Shown here one piece after another: positions 56,765-64,000 of a stretch of 64,000 bases of DNA (positions are counted from its first letter, which is position 1; every line of letters begins with the position of its first letter). The notes under the pieces are model-generated. The model did no database searches and had not been told where the DNA came from. It saw only the letters and a list, made by a program, of their open reading frames with translations. Source of the DNA: Candidatus Binatia bacterium (GTDB lineage: Bacteria > Desulfobacterota > Binatia > UBA9968 > CAXXLF01). Position numbers and translations under genes: made by a program. The stretch spans positions 352,001 to 416,000 of the forward strand of contig CAXXLF010000001.1 of the NCBI GenBank assembly GCA_963664015.2. The letters run 5' to 3'.

Positions 56765-58065
56765 TTTGATGCCTCCTGCGGTGGGGATCCAAGGGTACAA
56801 TAATTAAACCCAGATGCACTTACGGCTCGGCGGCTCCAGGCCCCGGAGGGATCTATAATCACCGGTTGCGCCATGGCTTCTTTCACGTCCCTAGTGGCGA
56901 TCGCAGCGAATTCATCCCAGCCAGTCATGATGACCAGGGCATGCGCCCCCTGGCAAGCATCGAGCGCCGTCTCAGTCTGATCCACACCCGGATACGGCTC
57001 GCCCAGCCTCGCCCTCGGATCGTACAATCGAACCGTCTGACCGGCCAGAGCCTCAATGAGGCCCAGGGTCGGCGAATTTTTAATCGACCGGGTATCGGGC
57101 TTGTAGGCCAATCCCCACACCGCAATAATAGACGTTGGCTCGCAGCTCAAGGTCCATTGGTGTAGTTTTCGTAAGGCCCAATCGCGACGGTAGCGGCTGT
57201 TTGCTATAAACGCCGAGGCCACGCATTCCTCAGCGCCGTATTCTGCCGCGAGATCCTTGACCGTCACCAGGTCCCGCTCAATGTTTCCCCCGGCAATACC
57301 CAGCCCCGGTGCCAGGTAGGCATGGGGACCGATTCGCCGGTCCAGCCGTAACGCGGGTACGATCTCGGTCCACTCGGCCCCGACACCCTCGCATATCTCC
57401 GCGAGGGTGTTGGTTGCGCTGAGAGAAGCCGCCAAAAAGATATTGATGGAAATCTTGGCAAGTTCGGCGCTTTCGTATCGCATGGGAAGGACCGGGCAGC
57501 CGAACGCCGCAAGGACCTCGGCGTAAGGTTTTGGCAGCTCCGCCTTGGGATCCTCGCATCCGACAATGAAGCGTTCCGGACCCAGCGCCCGTTCCACCGC
57601 GCGCCCGAAGATAAGCGTCTCCACCTGATAAAATACCCGGAGCCGCCGCCGATCAAGCACTGACCGCAACTGGGAACTGACGCGCCGTGTAAACCCCGGC
57701 GGCACCTGACTTAAGACCACGAGGGTCGAGTCCGGTTTTCCATATTTTACGACCGATTCGATTAATTGCGCAAGGCCGGACAGGTCGCTGCGGTTCTCTC
57801 GATCCGTAGGAACATCGAGGGAAAAATAGATAACGTCACATTCGCCCAGCACCGTTGGATCGGTTGTGAATCGCAGGCGTGCCCTGCCGTTAACGAGGAG
57901 CTCGGGCAAGCCTGGCTCAAGGACGGGAAGGCGGTCTAGCGCAAGTTCGCCGCACAGATCGGAACGTTGATCATAGGCGATGACTTCGAAGCCTTTCGAT
58001 GCCGTCGCAATGCTGGAAACGATTCCGAGATGGGAGAGCCCGGCAAATCCTATCTTTGAATTCAT
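56743..58065 (-). CDS. UDP-glucose/GDP-mannose dehydrogenase-family homologue lacking the catalytic Cys (LmbL-like)
   Basis: GLSHLG, EPGL, SAELAK...N, LD.RIG, GIAGGNIERD (canonical GFGGSCFPKD), GLAYKPDT. Confidence 0.8.
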   Translation of the reverse strand: MNSKIGFAGLSHLGIVSSIATASKGFEVIAYDQRSDLCGELALDRLPVLEPGLPELLVNGRARLRFTTDPTVLGECDVIYFSLDVPTDRENRSDLSGLAQLIESVVKYGKPDSTLVVLSQVPPGFTRRVSSQLRSVLDRRRLRVFYQVETLIFGRAVERALGPERFIVGCEDPKAELPKPYAEVLAAFGCPVLPMRYESAELAKISINIFLAASLSATNTLAEICEGVGAEWTEIVPALRLDRRIGPHAYLAPGLGIAGGNIERDLVTVKDLAAEYGAEECVASAFIANSRYRRDWALRKLHQWTLSCEPTSIIAVWGLAYKPDTRSIKNSPTLGLIEALAGQTVRLYDPRARLGEPYPGVDQTETALDACQGAHALVIMTGWDEFAAIATRDVKEAMAQPVIIDPSGAWSRRAVSASGFNYCTLGSPPQEASKCSNTFI

Positions 58066-58979
58066 CCGCTGCCTATTTTTCGCGCTAGACCATTCAAGAC
58101 CGAATTGACCCAGAAGGCATTCTTGAGGACCGATTCACCGGTTGCGCACAGACCCTTGAAGTGCTGGTATTCCGCCGCCCATGTGGGATCCGGACATTCC
58201 ACCGTAGCCGTCTCCTCGTCGGGTTTTCCGCTTGGGAGGGCGCGCTTGCGGACCGTGAAGGAACTTGGACCCCATTTGCACAGACCATGGATGTGTGCAG
58301 ATCCAAATTCTCCGAAGACGTCCACGGTGAAGGTGTTTCGCCAGGAGAGCAAGCTAGCTTCCATTTCCACCACGGAGGCACCGGTCGAGCCGAACAGCAC
58401 GTGATCGAGGGAATGGTTCTCGAAGCGGTTAAAACTCCATGGCTCGAACTGCTCAAGACTGTCGCCGAAAAGAAACAGAGCCATGTCGAGCAGGTGGGAA
58501 CCAAGGTCGGGCAAGACGCCGAGTCCTTTATCTCTCCAGAGAGAAAGCTTTACGTCACGCGCCGTCCCGTTCCCGTAAAAAAACCGGGCAAGATAAACGG
58601 TGCCAAGCGCGCCTGAATCCAACAGCTCTTTCAAACGTACGACATGAGGCTCGAAACGATGATTATAGGCCGTATAACAAGTCACCCCTGATGCGCAGGC
58701 CAGCCGCTCCAACCGATAGAGCGACTCCTCGTTTTCCGATAGCAGGGGTTTTTCGACGAGGACGTGCTTTCCGTGCCCAAGCAAGTACTCCAGAAGCCCG
58801 ACTTTCACCGCATCGGGCGTACAGACGAGAGCGGCATCGAAACTCTCGAGGGGAACCTCCTCAATGTTACGAAACCGGGCCTCGGGGTTGACCGGATCGA
58901 CCGTTGCTACGGCGTCGGATTTTACGATTGTGAAGCGCTTGGCCCCCTGTATCCCGAGACCGACGATGACAACCTTCAC
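58062..58979 (-). CDS. Gfo/Idh/MocA oxidoreductase (LmbZ-like)
   Basis: GLGIQG, HVLVEKP, YNHRF, GVLPDLGSH..D. Confidence 0.88.
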   Translation of the reverse strand: MKVVIVGLGIQGAKRFTIVKSDAVATVDPVNPEARFRNIEEVPLESFDAALVCTPDAVKVGLLEYLLGHGKHVLVEKPLLSENEESLYRLERLACASGVTCYTAYNHRFEPHVVRLKELLDSGALGTVYLARFFYGNGTARDVKLSLWRDKGLGVLPDLGSHLLDMALFLFGDSLEQFEPWSFNRFENHSLDHVLFGSTGASVVEMEASLLSWRNTFTVDVFGEFGSAHIHGLCKWGPSSFTVRKRALPSGKPDEETATVECPDPTWAAEYQHFKGLCATGESVLKNAFWVNSVLNGLARKIGSG

Positions 58980-60526
58980 AAGTACAAGACCTGTTTTTCG
59001 ACCGCGTTCACTTTTTTCAAAACCTCTTCCGGCGCCACGGGGTTGTTGCCGTCATGCTCGCATGCCACGGCCGCAGCCAGCGATCCGAGGATCGAGGCGA
59101 CGACATCCGACTTCACTGCAACCATAGCCAACGTGGCATAGGATAACAGCGCATCTCCCGCGCCGACAGCATCAACGGGCGTTTCTACAAAACTGTCGAT
59201 GGCAAAGAACGCGCGCTGTGCGCCTTCTAAGTGCGGCCGGTACGTAATAATGCCCCTCTCCCCAAGCTTCATGATCAGATATTTGCAATTGGCCCTTTTA
59301 TAGAGCTCCTCCGCCAGCGGTCTTATCACCGAGTCCTGGTCACCCAACGCAAACCGCGCCTCACGCTCGTTGGGGGTGATCACATCGAACCCCTTGAATT
59401 CCAGAATGTTGCCCCAACGGTTGGCGACCTGACTGTCCGCAATCCTTAGGGCATCCGGTGATAGACCATCGAGGAAACGGGGAATCGTCCGAGCACTGAA
59501 GATACCGTGGCGAAAGTCGCTGAAGACGAAGGCATCGACTGTCCTGGAAGACAATGAGGCTTTCAACTGCTCCAATACCCGGTCCGAGATTGGGCGGTTG
59601 TCCAGCTTATCCACTTTGAGCATCCGGTAGCCGTCCGCTATATACATATTTTTATGGGTGGTCGGGCGTGAGTGATCGATGGAGACATAGGATTCGATAC
59701 CGTGAGACTCCAGATCCTCAAGAACCAAGTCCTTTAAATCGTCATTGCCCATGACCGTGGAGAAGCAGACCTGCGCGCCAGCCCGCCGGATATGTTTTGA
59801 GACCACCGCAGCTCCGCCGGAAAAGTCAACCTGCTTCTCATACTTCACGCTGAAGGTCGGCGTCTTGGCGGTGCCGCCGATGAGCGAACAGTAGGTATAG
59901 GAGTCCACTATGGTATCGCCCAAGACGTGGACCCGCATATCCTTGAACTTATCCAAGGCCCCCCGCAGATCATCAAACGTAACCCCTTCCGCCTCCATGA
60001 GGGGGAGCAGTTTTTCGGCGGCGATGCGCGGCGGTGCATGATCGATAAGCACCGACGATGAATAGACGACGTCTCCGGGAGTAAAGATGATCTCACCGCC
60101 GTACGACTCGATGAGTTTAACCTCTTCCTCGGTTCGAGGATACAGACCCTCCTTGAAGTATTCATAGCCCTTGGCAAAGTAATCGGGCTGCAAGAGTTTA
60201 AGGTTGTCCAGTGGAGTCGGTTGGGTGTCGATAATGACGTAGTCGACCATCTCCAAAGCGGCCAGATTCATTGCGCGCAATTGCTCGGGAACAAAAGGTC
60301 GGAAGTTGGCCTTGGCAATGTGGCCGTCGCAGGTAAGGCTGGCGATGAGGATGTCGGCTTTCTCCTTGGCGTACATGAGGTGCCGGATGTGGCCGGGGTG
60401 GACGATGTCGAAGGTGCCATGGCACATGATGACCGAGCTGGCCCGAGGCCTGGGTCCGATGATCTCCCTGAGGGCATCCACCGTCTTGATCTTGCGGCGA
60501 TAATCGCCGCTGGTTCCATTCGCCAT
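58976..60526 (-). CDS. Bifunctional nucleotidyltransferase (N-terminal) / PfkB sugar kinase (C-terminal), RfaE/HldE-like with reversed domain order
   Basis: HGTFDIVHPGH, KG.EY, YSSS; then GGAA.V, SDF.HG, TPNERE, DAVGAGD. ATG 60526 overlaps the upstream TAA (TAATG). Confidence 0.88.
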   Translation of the reverse strand: MANGTSGDYRRKIKTVDALREIIGPRPRASSVIMCHGTFDIVHPGHIRHLMYAKEKADILIASLTCDGHIAKANFRPFVPEQLRAMNLAALEMVDYVIIDTQPTPLDNLKLLQPDYFAKGYEYFKEGLYPRTEEEVKLIESYGGEIIFTPGDVVYSSSVLIDHAPPRIAAEKLLPLMEAEGVTFDDLRGALDKFKDMRVHVLGDTIVDSYTYCSLIGGTAKTPTFSVKYEKQVDFSGGAAVVSKHIRRAGAQVCFSTVMGNDDLKDLVLEDLESHGIESYVSIDHSRPTTHKNMYIADGYRMLKVDKLDNRPISDRVLEQLKASLSSRTVDAFVFSDFRHGIFSARTIPRFLDGLSPDALRIADSQVANRWGNILEFKGFDVITPNEREARFALGDQDSVIRPLAEELYKRANCKYLIMKLGERGIITYRPHLEGAQRAFFAIDSFVETPVDAVGAGDALLSYATLAMVAVKSDVVASILGSLAAAVACEHDGNNPVAPEEVLKKVNAVEKQVLYL

Positions 60527-61536
60527 TAGCTTTTCTCCGCTGAAAGTGAGGTGAACCAGGCTTTTGTTGCAGCCCGGACTGACGCTGCATCCCACAGCGG
60601 CGCGTTACGCCAGTAATCGATGTGTTCCATCATGGTTGCCACACCCTGCTCAAAGGAGATTGCCGGGGACCAGCCCAGCTGGGCGGTGATCTTAGAGATG
60701 TCGGCCCACGTACAATCGGGCTCCCCGGGCCGCTTGGGCAAATGCACGACATCCTCGCCACCCAAGAGTTCGACCAACCTGTTCACGGACTGAGGCGAAC
60801 CGGCACCGAGGTTATACACTTCTCCTTTACAGGTGGATATGGCCGCAAGCCAGAAGGCCCGCGCCACGTCCCTGGCAAAGACAAAATCCCGTGTTTGCGT
60901 TCCGTCCCCGACCAAGGTGAACGGCTTGCCGGCCAATTTCTGCTTGAGGAAGACACCGAAAACGGCCCCATAGGCCCCGCTGGTGCGGGACCGAGGACCG
61001 TACACATTGAACATACGAATAGATATCACAGGCAAGCGGTAAACCTGACCCCAATGGAAGACCGCCTCCTCTCCCAGATACTTACTGAGGGCATAAGGGT
61101 ATTGGAGGCTGATGGGGGCACTCTCTGTCGTCGGCAATTCCGTCGCTATCCCGTAACAAGACGAAGAAGCCGCATAGAGAAACTTTGCTACTCCCGCAGC
61201 CCGTGCGCCTTCCAATGCATGGACTGTCCCCATCACATTTGCGGAAAGATAATCGGCCGGCCGCTCGATGGAGGGGACAATATCTCCCATGCCGGCAAAG
61301 TGGAACACATAATCGGCATCCTTGAATAGACTGTCGTTCGAGCTCACTTCACGCAAATCGCGGGTGTCGATCCTCAAATTGGCGTTGGTCCTGTGGTGGG
61401 CCAAATTATCAAGGCGCCCGCTTGATAGGTTGTCGATCCCGTGTACACGGAGACCCTCCGCAAGAAGCAAATCGACCATATGGCTGCCAATGAATCCGGC
61501 CGCGCCCGTGACGACCCCCAGGGAACTCGTTTTCAT
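60526..61536 (-). CDS. NAD-dependent sugar epimerase (extended SDR)
   Basis: TGAAGFIGSH, ASSSCYG, YALSK, FNVYGPR, QTRDF. Confidence 0.9.
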   Translation of the reverse strand: MKTSSLGVVTGAAGFIGSHMVDLLLAEGLRVHGIDNLSSGRLDNLAHHRTNANLRIDTRDLREVSSNDSLFKDADYVFHFAGMGDIVPSIERPADYLSANVMGTVHALEGARAAGVAKFLYAASSSCYGIATELPTTESAPISLQYPYALSKYLGEEAVFHWGQVYRLPVISIRMFNVYGPRSRTSGAYGAVFGVFLKQKLAGKPFTLVGDGTQTRDFVFARDVARAFWLAAISTCKGEVYNLGAGSPQSVNRLVELLGGEDVVHLPKRPGEPDCTWADISKITAQLGWSPAISFEQGVATMMEHIDYWRNAPLWDAASVRAATKAWFTSLSAEKS

Positions 61537-62531
61537 TTCAAACCGAACCTCTTGACGGATTTAACGTTGTAATAACGGTCGTCGGTCAAGCTGTTGGGCA
61601 GCTTCCCAGTCTTGAAAGCCGCGCACAGGTCGCGGACCGCGTCTTCGACGGAGCGTTCGGGAATATATCCAAGTTTCTCGGCAATCTTACGGGAGGATAC
61701 ATGATAGGACCGCAAGTCATTGCTCGGGGTCGTCTCGATCTTGATCGGTGCCTTTTCCGGCAGTTCCCGATCGATGACTTTGCGAACCATTTCTGCAAGC
61801 TCGGAAACCGTATGGTTCTGGTAGGCGGCGTTGAAGATCTCCCCTGCAATCATCTGGTCCGGCAATTGCAGCAACTGCACATAGAGCTCCGCAATGTCCT
61901 CCACGTGAATGTTGGGTCGCTTTTGAGATCCGCCGAAAACCGTGATTTTTCCCTGATTGACGGCCAGGTTGGTCAGGATATTCACCGTGAGGTCCAACCT
62001 CATTCGCGGAGAATATCCACAGACAGTAGCCGGACGGATGACCACGGTGGTGAACTCGGGTGATTGATGCCGCAGGAGAATGGGCTCCGCAAGGCCCTTG
62101 TATTTGTTGTAGTCGGTCAGGGGAACCAGGGGAAAGTCCTCCGTGACTTCCGGTGCGTCGCTGACGCCGTAAACCGAGCTGGTCGACGCATAGATAAACC
62201 GCCTGACCCCGGCCGACTTGGCTGCCACCACCAGCGGCTCAAAGCAATCATAGTTGATGGCCTTACTTAAAGCCGAGTCCAGCTCGAAACTCGGGTCGTT
62301 GGAGAGACATGCCAAATGAATAACACTCTGAACACCTCGGACCGCATGGGAAAAGCTGGAGACGTCACGGATATCGCCGGTGACCACCTTGAGGCTCGGA
62401 TGAGACGGCAGGCCCTCCGCCCCAAACAACATCAGATCATAGACCACAACGGAATAACCGGAAGCCAGTAGTTTAGGAACCAGGACGCACCCCACATAGC
62501 CGGCGCCACCGGTTACAAGCACAGTTTCCAT
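61533..62531 (-). CDS. NAD-dependent sugar epimerase/dehydratase (extended SDR)
   Basis: TGGAGYVG, HLAC.SNDP, STSSVYG, YNKYK, RPAT.CG.SPR.RLDL. Confidence 0.9.
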   Translation of the reverse strand: METVLVTGGAGYVGCVLVPKLLASGYSVVVYDLMLFGAEGLPSHPSLKVVTGDIRDVSSFSHAVRGVQSVIHLACLSNDPSFELDSALSKAINYDCFEPLVVAAKSAGVRRFIYASTSSVYGVSDAPEVTEDFPLVPLTDYNKYKGLAEPILLRHQSPEFTTVVIRPATVCGYSPRMRLDLTVNILTNLAVNQGKITVFGGSQKRPNIHVEDIAELYVQLLQLPDQMIAGEIFNAAYQNHTVSELAEMVRKVIDRELPEKAPIKIETTPSNDLRSYHVSSRKIAEKLGYIPERSVEDAVRDLCAAFKTGKLPNSLTDDRYYNVKSVKRFGLK

Positions 62532-62555
62532 TGATATCCTTTCTCCCAGACTTTT

Positions 62556-63290
62556 TTAAATGGAGTACCCGGCCTTGACCGCATCTTGCCGGAACATCTC
62601 TACCGTTTCGAGCGAGTAAACCAATAGGTCCTTACCGATGGTCGGCAATTTGGCGAGGAGATCATTGGTGACCGTGATAATATGGCAGCCGATAGCATCG
62701 GCCTGTAGAATATTCAACACTTCTCGGGGGCTAGCCCAGATCAATTCAAAATTGGGGTAGGGACGAAGAAGGTCGACACATTCCCTCATCAGCGGAATTG
62801 GGTCTCGACCGGTGTCCGCCACGCGGCCTGCAAACACAGAAATGAAGCTAGGCGTCTCGGGCGAAAGACAATCCGCTACCTGAGCAACCTGCCCCGGTGT
62901 CATCAAGGCTGTGACATTCAGTTTCACTCTATCCTTCGAAAGGCTCTTCATCAACGTTCCCGAAAATTCACCTCTGGTATTCGTAACCGGGATCTTCACG
63001 TAGACATTAGGTCCCCATTCAGCAATAAGGCGGGCCTGCTTCTCCATGTCCCCGAACTCGTCGGAAAATACTTCGAAGGAGACCGGCCGGTCCGTAATCA
63101 CGCGCAATACCTCCAGGGCAAAAGCCCGATAGTCCTTTACATCGGCCTTGCGCATCAGAGTCGGATTCGTCGTGAAGCCTTTAATGGAGGGATTCTTCGC
63201 CATCGCAAACATACCGGCAAGATCCGCCCCATCAGCAAAAATCTTAGTTTTCAAGTTAGCAATCGCATGCATATTACACTCACCGTGCAT
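62556..63290 (-). CDS. Transaldolase (small TalC/LmbR-like type)
   Basis: FADGA, FTTNP, SFEV (Glu), YVKIP (Schiff-base Lys), NVTA, SVFAGR (Phe, transaldolase rather than FSA), WAS.R. Confidence 0.9.
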   Translation of the reverse strand: MHGECNMHAIANLKTKIFADGADLAGMFAMAKNPSIKGFTTNPTLMRKADVKDYRAFALEVLRVITDRPVSFEVFSDEFGDMEKQARLIAEWGPNVYVKIPVTNTRGEFSGTLMKSLSKDRVKLNVTALMTPGQVAQVADCLSPETPSFISVFAGRVADTGRDPIPLMRECVDLLRPYPNFELIWASPREVLNILQADAIGCHIITVTNDLLAKLPTIGKDLLVYSLETVEMFRQDAVKAGYSI

Positions 63291-63293
63291 TCC

Positions 63294-63824
63294 TCAGAGC
63301 ATTGACGTAACAATCAACTGAGCCGCCTCAAACAGGGACGCCACTACGGCATCCGGATCCTTGGCCGTCCGCTCGGCATAGCCGTCTCCCACTAAAAGGG
63401 TCTTGCACCCGGCGGCGCGCCCAGCCTCTATGTCGCGCCAACGATCACCGACCATATACGACATACTTAAATTCAACGACCACTTTTCAGCGGCATCTAA
63501 GAGCATACCCGGTTTAGGCTTCCGGCACTCGCAGCCGTCGTCATCAACGTGATAGCAAACCTTTATCTCATCAATCGGAAGAACGCTCAAAATCTTTTCA
63601 TGCATGGCATCAACGACTTCTCGCCGTACTAAACCTTTTGCCACATCAGGTTGGTTGGTCACCACGATAACCCTAAGACCAGAACACCGAAGCGTGTGGA
63701 CCGCCTCCCTAACTCCCGGCAGGAATTCAAATTCCTCAAGGACAGTGGGCGCATACGGGCGACCTCCGCGCAACACAACGCGGTTGATCACGCCGTCACG
63801 ATCGAGGAAAACTGCCCGATTCAC
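63294..63824 (-). CDS. gmhB: HAD-IIIA heptose/octose bisphosphate phosphatase
   Basis: FLDRDGVIN, VTNQ, C.H....C.CRKPKPGM, VGD...D..AG. Confidence 0.88.
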   Translation of the reverse strand: MNRAVFLDRDGVINRVVLRGGRPYAPTVLEEFEFLPGVREAVHTLRCSGLRVIVVTNQPDVAKGLVRREVVDAMHEKILSVLPIDEIKVCYHVDDDGCECRKPKPGMLLDAAEKWSLNLSMSYMVGDRWRDIEAGRAAGCKTLLVGDGYAERTAKDPDAVVASLFEAAQLIVTSML

Positions 63825-64000
63825 TCTGTTTTGGTCGTCCTGGCTTCAACCAACCCTTCCCATTTATAATTTCCCAGCATGAGATCAGGGTGCGAAACCA
63901 GACAATGCCAAACCACCGCCTGAAAGGACTCTGAGTGCGGAGTTACATGCGCCGGATCTACCGTCGGCAGGACAAGGACCTCATCACCAACCTTACGGGT
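63821..64000 (-). CDS. SIS-domain phosphosugar isomerase (GmhA/LmbN-like), C-terminal fragment
   Basis: Manual translation TRKVGDEVLVLPTVDPAHVTPHSESFQAVVWHCLVSHP...KTE*. The E..Q....H helix resembles the GmhA family. TGA overlaps the gmhB GTG (GTGA). Confidence 0.65.
   Translation of the reverse strand, partial: TRKVGDEVLVLPTVDPAHVTPHSESFQAVVWHCLVSHPDLMLGNYKWEGLVEARTTKTE

Noticed and set aside
472-63882. Numerous plus-strand and nested short ORFs in the ORF track (e.g. 6838..7356, 60622..61329, 56010..56819)
   Set aside because: They are antisense or alternate-frame shadows of well-supported minus-strand genes and have no recognisable motifs.
51547-64000. Lincosamide or aminoglycoside antibiotic biosynthetic cluster
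   Set aside because: No amino-acid activation or condensation, thiol-transfer or resistance genes; the module is co-directional and contiguous with polysaccharide assembly and export genes.

Overview
The whole window is one co-directional (minus-strand) surface-polysaccharide/glycan locus of about 52 genes, truncated at both ends. In transcription order (right to left) it contains: (1) a higher-carbon sugar module (SIS isomerase, GmhB-like phosphatase, transaldolase, SDRs, domain-swapped RfaE/HldE-like kinase/nucleotidyltransferase, Gfo/Idh/MocA, Cys-less UDP-glucose-dehydrogenase homologue, two DegT aminotransferases) whose family content parallels the lincosamide octose pathway; (2) a branching/tailoring block (two ThDP enzymes, one cupin-fused and degenerate, DJ-1, HAD, 2OG-Fe(II) oxygenase, methyltransferases, B12-radical SAM); (3) assembly genes (TIGR04372-like GTs, PglK-type ABC flippase, GT2s, DprE1-like oxidase, GT4s, GT-C enzymes, Wzy/WaaL, AsnB, an L-FucNAc/QuiNAc-like module, initiating transferase); (4) an export/anchoring block (SLBB export protein, Wzz-like, geranylgeranyl reductase, Wzi, two ArnT paralogues). 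The most unusual non-coding signal is confined to about 1.1-9.1 kb. Degenerate 7-bp tandem arrays form inverted arms at most gene junctions, flank a decayed four-helix-bundle (IVS/Avd-like) gene with a G-U-compatible 30-bp RNA stem, and have entered two genes as in-frame insertions, one with exact 63-bp periodicity. All family assignments come from motif recognition by eye; no database search was run.
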